Source of the DNA: Squalus acanthias
Taxonomy: Eukaryota
DNA length: 64,000 nucleotides
NCBI GenBank assembly: GCA_030390025.1
Contig: JASTWF010000070.1
Coordinates: 744,001-808,000, forward strand
Direction: 5' to 3'
In this document: in pieces, positions 24,001 to 36,200 of the stretch
Numbering within the stretch: the stretch's first letter is position 1
Layout: the number at the start of each line of letters is the position of its first letter
The notes under the pieces: model-generated
Databases searched by the model: none
Told to the model about the DNA's origin: nothing
Seen by the model: only the letters and a program-made list of their open reading frames with translations
Position numbers and translations under genes: made by a program

Positions 24001-24798
24001 GTTTTGGTCTCCTTATCTAAGGAAGGATGTACTTGCCTTGGAGGCGGTGCAACAAAGGTTCACTAGATTGATTCGAGGGATGAGAGAGCTGTCTTATGAT
24101 GAGAGATTGTGTAGATTGGGCCTATACTCTCTGAAGTTTAGAAGAATGAGAGGTGATCTCATGGAAACATAAAACATTCTGAAGTGGATTGATTGACAGG
24201 GTAGATGCTGAGAGGTTGTTTTCCCTAGCTGGCATGTCTAGAACTAGGGGGCAAAGTCTCAGGATAAGTGATAGGCCATTTAAGACTGAGATTAGGAGGA
24301 ATTTCCTCACTCAGAGGGTTGTGAATCTTTGGAATTCTCTGCCCCAGAGTGCTGTGGATGCTCAGTCTTTGAGTATATTTAAGACTGAGATAGATAGATT
24401 TTTGGACTCATGGGGAATCAAGGGATATGGGGATCGGGCGGGAAAGAGGAGTTGAGGTCGATGATCAGCCATGATCTTATTGAATGGTGGAGCAGGCTCG
24501 AGGGGCCGTATGGCCGACTCCTGCTCCTAATTCCTATGTTCTTCTGTTCTTATGATCTTTCAAAGAGCCAGCACAGGCACGATGGACCGAATGGCCTGAT
24601 TCTGTGCTGCAACGTTCTATGATTCCATGAAACGCGACTGCATGGCGAGATAGTATGACCTGCCTTTAAGTATCTTGAAATCTCAACGTTTAATATATTT
24701 TCCTGTCTCAGGGCGGCCCTCGAGACCAGATACTTTACGCCTCTCTGGAATTTGCTGCCTCGGAAAAGTCATCAAAAAAGAAGGCGAGTCGCGGATGA
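17739..24798 (+). CDS. Gene A: non-rearranging V-C1-TM-ITIM IgSF receptor (PRARP/VJ-C1-like), 341 aa. Exons 17739-17793, 18427-18759, 18850-19164, 20859-20960, 21045-21075, 21291-21343, 21913-21962, 24712-24798
   Basis: All introns GT-AG with matching phases (1,1,1,1,2,1,0); 1026 nt open frame. Leader MFKAAFSLTLIVHVFWPT; V ..EFEC..WYKQ..DSGSYYC..LRNGTTLLVG; C1 ..PLVCLV..WNV..TYSIRSH..W..CTC; TM LLVAITISVILVLILIFISIWY; tail ends GGPRDQILYASLEFAASEKSSKKKASRG*. An extra exon in the N gap cannot be excluded. Confidence 0.85.
18427..18759 (+). CDS. Gene A V-set exon with built-in J-like G strand
   Basis: Canonical B-strand Cys, C-strand WYKQ, DSGSYYC, G strand GTTLLV, donor G|GTAAGA. Confidence 0.9.
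18850..19164 (+). CDS. Gene A C1-set exon
   Basis: PTVMVFAPP..LVCLV..IYWNV..GTYSIRSHVMV..W..VCTC; only a 90-bp intron after V. Confidence 0.9.
19870..20590 (+). mobile_element. CR1 LINE 3' fragment in gene A intron
   Basis: Decayed RGIEYRS..LEYCV.FW..LEQRRLRGD, ATTCTATG tail. Confidence 0.75.
21560..21836. repeat. Imperfect ~33-bp minisatellite (TATTGGGGTACCATTGGCATATTG...)
   Basis: Repeated TATTGGGG/CATTGGC units; periodic low-complexity ORF translation. Confidence 0.7.
22486..22901. other. Assembly gap (N run) in the last intron of gene A
   Basis: Run of N next to a TG-rich repeat. Confidence 1.
23063..23700 (+). mobile_element. tRNA-derived SINE with internal 33-bp tandem expansion
   Basis: GTCAGCCATGACTCAGTGGG head; about 6 copies of GCAGTACTGAGGGAGCGCCGCACTGTCGGAGGG. 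Confidence 0.7.
23935..24555 (+). mobile_element. CR1 LINE 3' fragment
   Basis: LQLYRALVRPHLEYCAQFWSP..RRMRGDL. Confidence 0.85.
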
Positions 24799-24946
24799 GA
24801 ACCCGGAGGGTTTCTATCCGGTGGATGAAGGAGGAGACCGGACTTCCTAAAGAACCCACAGCCTGCGGGAAAAAGAATGGAGCCACGGAAAATCCCGTCA
24901 AACATCTAAACTATCTGAAAAAAAGAAAGTATTGCAGATGCTGGAA

Positions 24947-25305
24947 ATCTGAATTAAAAACAGAAAATGCTGGAGATAATCTGCAGGTCAGGCAGCATCT
25001 GTGAAGAGAGAAACAGAGTTAACGTTTCAGGTCGATGACGTTTCGTCAGAACTGGAAAAAAAGCAGGAAATGGAACAGAATTTTAAACAAGGGTGGGGGC
25101 TGGGAAATGGGGAAGGGGTTGAAAGAACAAAAGTTTTGTTCCCCTCCCCCATTTCACAGCCCCTACCTTTGCTTAAGAATCTGTTCCATTTCCTGCTTTA
25201 TTCCAGTTCTGACGTAAGGTCATCGACCTGAAACGTTAACTCTGTTTCTCTCTTCACAGATGCTGCCTGACCTGCTGAGTAGCTCCAGTATTTTCTGTTT
25301 TTATT
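24947..25305. repeat. Inverted-repeat element (Penelope pLTR-derived) just 3' of gene A stop, with hammerhead-like motifs
   Basis: AAAAACAGAAAATGCTGGAG..CAGGTCGATGAC pairs with GTCATCGACCTG..CTCCAGTATTTTCTGTTTTT. Confidence 0.75.
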
Positions 25306-26457
25306 ATCTAAGCTATCTGCCTGCACACCCCAGAGTTTGCAAGGACTCCTTCTGTTCAATGCAAATGAACGTGCTTTGAGTATTGTAAAGGTACTACACT
25401 GCATTAGTGTAATTCAAGTGTGAGACAAAATTAAGAGCAGGGACTTCTCGGTTTGGTCTTTCTCTGAACCTTTCCTGCTCATCCTGCAGCTCCAGTTAAT
25501 AACAAGATTTTTATTTGCAAATGATTGTGTATCAATAAAATAAATTATTCTTCGAATGTAACGATGCACGAGAGGTTCCTATCGATCAATACTTCACTTA
25601 TAATTAAATGTGATCGGTATGAAACTTCAATTACTCTTGAGCTGACAATATCAGTCTTGAATTGAGATACTGTTAGTGGCGATATCCTCTGTCTGAGCAG
25701 CGAGAAGCTTAATCATTTACAGACTAAGAACACCACAGGAGAGAATCGCGGGCAGAAATGCGGGGAATTGTATCTGGTTCCATTTTACCATTGGGGTAGT
25801 GTGTTTTGCTGTGTGTAGTAATGTCAAAACTACATGTCAGAGACAGATGGTGAGTGTAGCGTGGCTTGGGAGGAATGGGTGACTTTGGACCTGTCGTTTC
25901 CTCAAACTCTCCACCACTGGGGTTTTCTCACGTCTGGTCTGGGTCTGTTGTAGACTCATGGATAGGGATGGATTGCCATGACAACCCCATTATCATTGTA
26001 TCATGGGACTACCAGGATGGTGGAAGGTGAACTCGGTGGACTTTGTCCTTTTCTCGTCTAGCCATTCCTATGTTCAAGATCCCAGTTATGCACAGTATTG
26101 GGCGAGAATATTCAACCAGAGACAGGATTGCATCATAGGTGGTTATATTGTTTTAGCCATCAGAGTCAGATTAGTCTAAGTATTCCCCTTCTGATTAGTT
26201 TGGAATCAGCATTTACAACCGAATGAGATTCAGGAGCAGCAAAAACTGTTCCTGGCAAAGTCCCTTTCAAATCCATCTCCCAGAAACTGTCCAATAAATC
26301 ACATGAGGATTTGAATAAATTCCTAACAACTGTGTTCTTGTTAATGTCGATTTACATTATACTATAGGGTAATATAAAGCAGATCTAAATTCACCAGGAC
26401 GATACCGGGGCAAAAAGGGTTAAATTCTGAGGACAGGTTGCACAGACTATTCTCTTG

Positions 26458-26548
26458 ATGCGGACCTGACGAAGGAGCAGAGCTCCGAAAGCTCGTAATT
26501 TCAAATAAAACTGTTGGATATAACCTGGTGTTGTGCGACTTCTCATTT
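26458..26548 (+). mobile_element. 91-bp Penelope 3' mini-insertion carrying a hammerhead core, 11-bp TSD
   Basis: CTATTCTCTTG repeated at 26447-26457 and 26549-26559; insert matches the 3' end of the Penelope at 62680-62773. Confidence 0.75.
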
Positions 26549-29500
26549 CTATTCTCTTGGATATGGAAGATTAAGAAGTGATCCAACTGAGGTGTTCAAG
26601 ATGATTAAAGGAGTTCATAGGGTAGATAGAGATAAACTATTTTCTCTGGTGGGGAGAGTCCAGAACAAGGGGGCATGACCTTAAAATTAGAGCTGGGCCG
26701 TTCAGGGTTGATGTCAGGAAGCACTTCTTCACACAAAGGGTGGTGGAAATCTGGAACTTTCTCGTCCAAAAGGCTGGGGGTCAATTGAAATTTTCAACAC
26801 TGAGATTGATAGATTTTTGCGAGGCAAAGGTATTAAGCGTTACGGAACAAAAGCATGTAGATGGAGATAAGATACAGATTGCCATGATCTAATTGAATGG
26901 TGGAACAGTTTCGAGGGGCTGAATGGCCTCCCCCTGTTCCAATGTTCCTGTCGCTAGTAGGATAATTAGTTCGGCAAATTGAAGACTGATTTCTGGAGGT
27001 TCATCACACAAAGAGTGATCAGCACATGGAATGGTCCTCTGGGTAGGGCGGTGTGAATGAAAATCCCTGGAGTCATTTAGCAAACAGTTTAGCTGCCCTG
27101 ATGGGCGAGAAGGTCAGAACCTTTCTGGATTCCTGAGCTAAATTTGGCAGAATGGCCTTTTTCACCTGCAGTGACCTTTTGACATGTGTCTCCAAATACT
27201 CTTTGCAATATCTGTGCAGAATATTTTGACAGCAGAATATTGTTAATTTCGGCTAGTTTCTATCCCCTCGGTCCATGAATTACAAGAGCTTCTCGATGAG
27301 ATCAGAGCCTAATAACCAGCTCAATTATCCATTAATCATCACACCAAAGGCCTCATACCCAGCTTTTAAATGTGTATGAAATCGAAGGTGTACCCGAAAA
27401 ATGTCACAGCATCTCGGATGAAACAACCTTTGAATTTTACTCTTATATTTGACCGATTTTCTAATGTGAAGAGCGAATTGTGTTACCGCTGCGAATTATT
27501 AACGTCACCAGCAAACCGCTTTCAGTCACAAGCGAAGGGTTCTGCTTTACAAAGTTACAAATTGTTCACAGCACAGAAACAGGCCATTCGGACCCAGTGG
27601 TCCGTGCCGGGGTTTCTGCTCCACACCAGCCTCCTCCCACCCCTCTTCATCTCACCCCATCAGCATATCCTTCTATTCCTTCCTCGCTCATGTGTTTATC
27701 TAGCTTCCCCTTAAATGCATCTATGCTATTCGCCTCAACCACTCCCTGTGGTAGCGAGTTCCACATTCTCACCACTCTCTGGGTGAAGAAGTTTCTGCTG
27801 AATTCCTTATTGGATTTATTAGTGACTATCTTCTATTTATGGCCCTTACCTCTGCTGTCCTCACGAGTCAAAACATCTTCTCTTCGTATCAAACCCTTTC
27901 ATAATCTTAAAGACCTCTATCACGTCACCACTCTGTCTTCTCTTTTCTAGAGAAAAGAGCCCCAGCCTGTTCAATCTTACCTGATGGGTATAACCTCTCA
28001 GTTCTGTATCATCATTGTTCATCTTTTTTTGCACCCTCTCCAGTGCCTCTGTATCCTTTTTATAATATGGAGACCAGAAGTGTGCACAGTGCTCCAAGTG
28101 TGGTCTAATCAAGGTTCAATACAAGTTCAACACAACCTCGCTGCTTTTCAATTCTATCCCTCGAGAAATTACCCCCAGTGCTTTGGTTTGCTGGTTTTAA
28201 TGGCCATGTTAACCTGAGTTACTACTTTTAGTGATTTGTGAAGCAGCACCCCAGATCCTCTACCCCATTTGAAAACGTATTTTCAAAGAACTAATAGGTA
28301 CTAATAGCGGGTAAAAGCGACCATAAATTTGCTGAAGAAATCACTTAACTGCGCTATTATAAATGAGCAGATGGATTTAAAATAATTTACTTTCAATGGT
28401 AAATGTGACAGAGTTCACTCCCAGATCAGAAACAGAGAACGCTCGGGGTCTATTTACATAAGAACATAAGAAATAGGAGCGGGAGTAGACCAAGCGGCCC
28501 TCGAGCCTGCTCCGCCATTCAATAAGATCATGGTTGATCTTCTACCTTATCTGCACTTTCCTGAACTTTCCCCATATCCCTTGATTCAATTAATATTAAA
28601 AAATCTATCGATCTCTGTCTTGAATATACTCAACGACTGAGCCTCCACAGCCCACTGGGGTAGAGAATTCCAATGATTCAGCACCCTCTGAGTGAAGAAA
28701 TTTCTCCTCATCTGAGTCCTAAATGGCCGACCCCTTATTCTGAGAATGTGACCCTTAGTTCTAGACTCTCCAGCCAGGGGAAACAGCCTCTCACCATCTA
28801 CCCTGTCAAGCCTTGTAAGAATTTTTAATGTTTCAATGAGATCACCTTTCATTCTTCTAACGTCCAGTTTTAATATCAATGCAGCCTAAATCCGGAGGCA
28901 GTGCCTGAGCTGCCCAGTCGGTCCTGAGCCCCACTTTTGAGCAGCACACATTTGCTCTATAAATGTGCATTGTAAATCGGCGTTAGAGATACACTGAGCG
29001 CATCTGGACTGAACGATCAAAGGGCCGGATTCACAAACACAATGCTGGATTTTGAAAACCTGTTTTATTGCGTTTGTAACTCGGACACTGATGCATTGTA
29101 AAGATTATTTGAATTATATCGCGCTCACATACAAAGACGCGAAATGAATCTAAAAACGCCAATACAGGACAGGATAATAATGTCGGGATTGAACCGAAAC
29201 TGCAGGCGATGTGTCATCTTAAGAATAGCAGACATTGCGTAAGAGAGAATTTAAATATGTTTAGAATTTCCGCTTTGGGCCGAAATTTCCCATTTGTAAA
29301 ATGCGTTTGAAATTGCGCCAGTGCTGTTCGGCATTAAGACTCTCCAGTAGGCGATCCGCCGGCTCTGCATTGGTCAGTCTGTCTTCCGAGTGAGTGTTAA
29401 TTATTGATAAATGTGCATCAAGTCGGTAAGAGAACGTGAGATCGCCGTAGTGAGACGTCAACGAAGATAGCAATTGAACCCTTTAGCTGCACGCCACTGC

Positions 29501-29787
29501 TTCCAATTGTCGGATTTCTGCGGGGCTTTGGGACCTGAACCCGGCGTATCAAAGTCTCTGGGAAGGGTTCACACCTCAGGGCTCTACTGCGCCGGTTGGT
29601 CTTCTGAATGAGATTGCCAATTTCCTGTCAATGGATCCCAAAAGCACGCGGAAGCGGCACACAATTGTGGAACGGGAGGCTTGAATTGTTACTGAGCAGC
29701 GTGTCTTACTGATCCCACAATGAGAGCAAAGCAGAGGGAACTTTCCACAACACGTCATATCCGGCAGCCGCTCGCTTTCCTTTCCCG

Positions 29788-32700
29788 TCAGAGGGTCGGT
29801 ACAGCATTAAACGCCAGGTGGGCGTAAAGAGTCTATGAGAGAAAACAGAAACCATTATCATGGCCCACATCATCATCACAGGAACAGAGGGACAGGAGGA
29901 GGCTGTTCAGCCCCTCGAGCCTGTTCTGCCATTCAATCAGATCATGGCTGATCTGTATCTTAACTTTATCTAACCCCCTTGGTTGCCTAACCCTCAATCC
30001 CCTTACCCAACAAGAATCTATCAAAAATCTCTCAGTTTTGCAATTTCTATTTGACCCCCAGCCTCAGCAGCTTTATGGGGGAGAGAGCTTAAGATGTCCA
30101 CCACCCATTGTGTGAAGAAGTGCTTCCCGACATCACCCGTGAACGGCCTGGCTCTAATTTGAAGGTAATACCCCTTGTTCTGGACTCCACCCACCCCCCC
30201 ACCCACCAGAGGAAATAGTTTCTCTTTATCCACCCCATTGAATCCTTTAATCATCTTGAACAACTCAATTAGATCACCCCTTAATCTTCCATACACAAGG
30301 GAATACAAGCCCGAGTCTGGGCTACCTGTCCTCATAACTTAGCCCTTTTAGTCCTGGGTATCATTCTGGTGAATCATCATTCTGCAATTTCAAATATCCA
30401 GATCTATATTTTTTTAATCTACGTTCGCAGTTTTGCATAAGAGGAAAACAGTGCTAACCAGTAGTGCTCACTATGCAAAGTTTTATAGACTCGTTGACTA
30501 TGAATCTTAAACATTGTATTAAAATAAGTGCAAGGTAACAACATTTAAAGATCGCATGGATGAACTACAGAATTTGTTCATCCCTGTCTGGCATGAAAAT
30601 AAAACAAAAAAGGTTGCGCAACCGTGGCTAACAAGGGAAATTAGAGATAGCAGAAGATCCAAGGAGAGGACATATAAATTGGCCAGAAAAAGCATCAAAC
30701 CTGAGGATTGGGAGCAGTTTAGGATTCAGCAAAGGAGGACAAAAGGATTAATTAAGGGGGGAAAATAGAGTATGAGAGTAAGCTTGCAGGAAACATAAAA
30801 ACTGACTGAAAAAGCTTCTATAGATATGTGAAGAGAAAAAGATTGTTGAAGTCATGCGTAGGTCCCTTGCAGTCAGAATCAGGGGAATTTATAATGGGGA
30901 ACAAAGAAAAGGCTGACCAATTAAATACATACTTTGGTTCTGTCTTCACAAAGAAGGACACAAATAACATCCCAGAGATGTCGGGGAACATAGGATCGAA
31001 TGAGGGGGGAGGAACTGAATGAAATCAGTATTTGTGGGGAAATGGTGTTAGGGAAATTGATGGGATTAAAGGCCGATAAATCCCCAGGGCCTGATAATGT
31101 ACATCCTAGGGTACTTAAGGAAGTGGCCCAAGAAATAGTAGATGCATTGCTGGTCATCTTGCAAAATTATATAGACTCTGGCACAGTTCCCATGGACTGC
31201 AGGGTAGCTAATGTAACCCCACTATTTAAAAAAGATGGTAGAGAGAAAACGGGGAATTATAGACCAGTAAGCCTGACATCGGTAGTGGGGCAAATGCTAG
31301 AGTCCATTATAAAAGATGCAACAGCAGAGCACTTGGAAAACAGTGACTGGATCGGACAAAGTCAACATGGATTTACAAAAGGTAAATCGTGCTTGACTGA
31401 TCTACTGGAATTTTTTGAGGATGTAACTGGCAGAATAGATAAGGGAGAACCAGTGGATGTGGTGCCTTTGGACTTTCAGAAGGCTTTCGATAAGGTCCCG
31501 CATAAGAGATTAGCGTGTAAAGTTAAAGCACATGGGATTGGGGAGAAGGTACTGACTTGGATAGAGAACTGGTTGGCAGACAAGAAGCAAAGAGTTGGAA
31601 TAAACGGGTCGTTTTCCGTGTGGCAGGCAGTGACTAGTGGGGTACCGCAGGGATCAGTGATAGGACCCCAGCTATTCACAATATATATTAATGATCTAGA
31701 CGAGGGAACTAGAGGTAATATCTCCAAGTTTGCAGACGACACAAAGCTGGGTGGGCGTGTGTGCTGTAAGGAGAATGCAGAGAAACTCCAGTATGATTTG
31801 GACAGGTTGGGTGATTGGGCAGATGCATGGCAGATGCAGTATAATGTGGATAAATGCGAGGTTATCCACTTTGGTGGCAAAAACAGGAAGTCAGATTATT
31901 ATCTGAACGGCAATGGATTGGGAGAAGGGGATTGCAACGAGACCTGGGTGTCCTTGTGCACCTGTCGCTGAAGGTAAGCATGCAGGTGTAGCAGGCAGTT
32001 AAGAAGGCAAATGGTATGTTGGCCTTCATCGCGCGAGGATTCGAGTACAGGAGCAAGGATGTCTTGCTGCAGTTGTACAGGGCCTTTATGAGACCAGACC
32101 TTGAGTATTGTGTGCAGTTTTGGTCGCCTTATCTGAGGAACGATGTTATTGCCATGGAGGGAGTGCAGCGAAGATTCACCAGACTTATACCTCGGATGGC
32201 AGGATTGATGGATGAAGAGAGATTGGGTCGATTGGGCTTATATTCGCTGGAGTTTAGAAGAATGAGAGGGGATCTCATTGAAACTTATAAAATTCTAACA
32301 GGACTAGACAGGCTAGATGCAGGAACGATGTTCCCGATGGCGGGGGAGTCCAGAACTAGGGCTCACAGTCTAAAGATAAGGTGTAAGCCATTTAGGACAG
32401 AGATGAGGAGGAATTTCTTCACCCAGAGAGTGGTGAACCTATGGAATTCTCTACCACAAAGGGCAGTTGAGACCAATTCATTAAATATATTCAAGAAGGA
32501 GTTAGATATATTTCTTCAGGCCAAAGGGATCAAGGGATATGGGGAGAAAGCAGGGACAGGGTACTGAATTTGGAGAATCAGCCATGATCTCATTAAATGG
32601 CGGAGCAGGCTGGAGGGGCCGAATGGCCTACTCCTGCTCCTATCTTCTATGTTTCTATGTTAAGCAAAAATAATTCTTTTCATTTCTACCTCCTTGTCTT

Positions 32701-33226
32701 GTGCACGTGGTCTCGAATCCGTCAATTTCTGATCGCTGTTCGTGTTGCCTGATATAAAGAGAAACTCAATCTAAGTCTAAATGCACACATTTCACACTGA
32801 ACCGGCCCACTAACATGTAATGAGCCAATGACACAATAAATGGATTGATTTGGAGCGTCCTGGATTTGGAGAGCCTCCCGACAACCGCTACCTGACCGCC
32901 GGTTCCTGCAGCTCCTTCCCGCGGCGGCAATAACCATCAGCAGAAGGAGAAGCGCCGCCGCCGAACACCCGTAAAGCAGTAACCTGCAGTTGGTTTGTAG
33001 CGGGGGCCCTGAAGAAAGAAAAAATACCTTTTATTTTTTTTAAATGCCGTAACCCGAGCTTTCTGGTTCTCGCAGAAGGTTCAAGGAGGCCCACCACCAA
33101 CTTCTCAACCGCTAGGAATGGACAATCAATGCCAGACTTACCAGCGTCACCCACATCACGAGAACAAATTAAAAATGTTGCTGAGAATAAGTGAAGGTAA
33201 AGATATAGATAGATAGATAGAGAGAG

Positions 33227-33275
<49 letters not shown>

Positions 33276-36200
33276 TACAGATAAGATATACTGAAAGATA
33301 GACAGACGGACAGACAAATAGACAAGCAGACAAATAGACAGACAGAACTATATAACCATGAACCTATCGAAGGGAAGGGCACAGAACGAAACTATAAGGC
33401 CCTCCATGTTTGTGCCGGCTCTTTGCTAGATGGATCCAAAACTAATCCCATTACCCGGCTCTCTCTCCATATTCCTGTATCAATCCAAAACTAATCCCAA
33501 AGCCCACTCTGTCCCCTGGAGTGCACCACTTCCAATCCTTCGCCAATCCGAGGAATACCCATTTAACCTATCTCCTTATTTCTTGTCTGTCATCTAACTT
33601 CCATCCATGCTGCCACATCTCCTTCACACCAAACGTCTAAATAGTTTCCCAACAACCCTCTTATGCGACACTTCATCAAACGCCTTCTGGAAATCCATAC
33701 ACCATACATCTACTGCAATCCCTTTAACTATCCAATCGGTCACTTCTACAAAAGCTCTGTTAAATTTGTTAAACACGACACCACTTTCACACATTGGTGC
33801 TGGTTGTCCTTAACTAGCCCAACCATTTAGAAATGCTCACCACTTTCATTTCAAATTACGGATTCTAAGTGTTTGTCCGCAACTCATCTGGTCTATGGTA
33901 GTCCAAGTGACACCTTTCTCCTCTCTTAGATGAAACGTTAGATGGAATCCGTTTGGGGAGGAAGAAAAAGGACGTCACATACTCCTTGGAAAATAAGTGT
34001 CTAAATGGAGTAGAGGAGCAGGGAGTTCTGGAGGTACAGATACACAAATCACTAAAAGTAGCGACGCAGGTTAATAAGGCCATAACATCGCAAAACAAGC
34101 ACTGGGGTACATTTCTAGAGGGATAGAATTGAAAAGCAGAGAAGTTATGTTCAATTTCTGTTGAACCTTGGTTGGACCACACTTGGAATACTGTGAACAT
34201 TTCTGGGCTCCATATTATAAAGTGAATATAGAGACACTGGAGAAGATACAAAATGATTTACTCGGATGATACCAGAATTGAGACGTTATGCCTATCAGGA
34301 AAGATTGAACAGGCTGGGGCTCTTTTCTCTACAAAAGTGAAGACTGAGAGGTGACCTGATAGAGGACTTTAGATTATGAAAGTGTTTACATCGGATTACA
34401 TGGGATATACGGCACAGAAACAGGCCATTCGGCCCAACCAGTCCATGCCAGCATGTATGCTCCACTCGAGCCTCCTCCCGTCTTTCCTCATCTAAATCTA
34501 TCAGCTTATCCCTCTATTCTCGACTCCCTTACATGCTTGTCCAGCCTCCCCCTCTAAATGCATCTCTACTATTCACTTCAACTACTCCCTGTGGTAGCGA
34601 GTTCCACATTCTCACCACTCTCTGAGTAAAGAGGTTTGTCCTGAATTCCCTATTGAATATCTTGGTGACTATCTTATATTGATTGCCTCTAGTTATGCTG
34701 TTCCCCACAAGTGGAAACATTGTCTCTCTATCTACTCTATCAAAAACTTTGACAGGGTCGACGTCGAGAAGATGTTTCCCTTGAGGTGCGGTGTGGACCA
34801 GAACTAGGCGCCATAAATACAACATAGTCACTATTAAAGCCAATTGGGAATTCAGGAGAAACTTTTTTACCCAGAGAGTGGTGAGAATGTGGAACTCGCA
34901 ACCACAGGGAGTGTCTGAAGCGAAAAGTACAGATGCATTTAAGGATAAGTTAGATAAACACATGAGGTAGAAAGTAATAGATGGATTATGATGGGTTTAT
35001 AATGAAGTGGGATGGGAGGGGACTCGTGTGGAGCATAAACATCAGCACGGACCTGTTGGGCCGAATAGCCTGTCTCTGTGCTGTACATACACTGTAATAC
35101 AGATACCTACATACAGGCATCAAGAGAGAAAGTGATAAACTGGAAATGGCAATTATATTTTCCAATTTTACCATTGGACAGCTCAGACCAAGACATTTTC
35201 TCCCACCATATACGTATGGCCGAGCTAAACAGATGGACTTTATAATTCAGAAAGCTCAACACTGCTACATTGAGAGGGGTAAATGATTGGGTAATTCTAC
35301 ATGGAGAGGCAGAAATTTGGGAGAGACTTTGAATGTATAAAGTGATATTGCTAACAATTAACTCTTACATCAGCATGGAAGATATTAGTGAAGGGTCACT
35401 GCCACTAGTTACCTCTCTGAGATGAGAAACTTTCACTGATCAAATCCCCAGTGGAGTTGATTGGAACGGCGCAAGTACAGACAGCGCCGCTGCTCCAAGT
35501 TTCCTCCGATACGCTGATGTGACTCCTGACAGTGTAGGTCCCGTCCGGGTCTATTGTCCCGGAATCGCTCGGTTCCTCGGTTACCCGTCCGGAAACATTC
35601 CAGCGAATGGGAAGGGAATCGGGAGACAGGCTTTTCACCAAACACATCAATGGGACCCTTTCCAGCGAGGGAATTTCATCCGGCGGCGGTGCTAAGAGAA
35701 AGATTTCCGGAGACCCTGGGAGTTTGGGAGGTTAAGATACCATTACTATTCGATGCAAAATTCGTCGTTATTTATGATGAAATGAGTAAAACAATCGCAA
35801 TTCTTACCTGCAATGAGCAATGTCGAGCCGTTTCCGAATATCAACGGCATTCCGCTATATTTCTTAGCTGCGCAGTAATAAACCCCCGCATCATTCCTCT
35901 GGACATCTTTCACAATCAGAGAGTAAATACTGGATTCGTCGTTAACTTTTCCGGAAAATCTTCCTTCAGGAGGGATGTTCTTCCACACGGTGTAAACCAG
36001 CTGTAGATGCTCTCGGTGCTGCCGCTTATACCAGTGCACAGCTCCTGCTGTCAACCAACCCGTGTGACAATCCACCTTAAAGATACTTCCAACGGAAACA
36101 GTCTTAAACGGAGGATTCTGGCGGAGAACTTCCTGACAGACAATAACTGAGAGAAGAACATATTCACAAGAGGGTCTGTTACACGGCAGAAATAAACATC

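Noticed and set aside
31000-31971. 323-aa reverse transcriptase ORF as a host or active gene
   Set aside because: 5'-truncated CR1 with flanking stops and frameshifts and no endonuclease domain.
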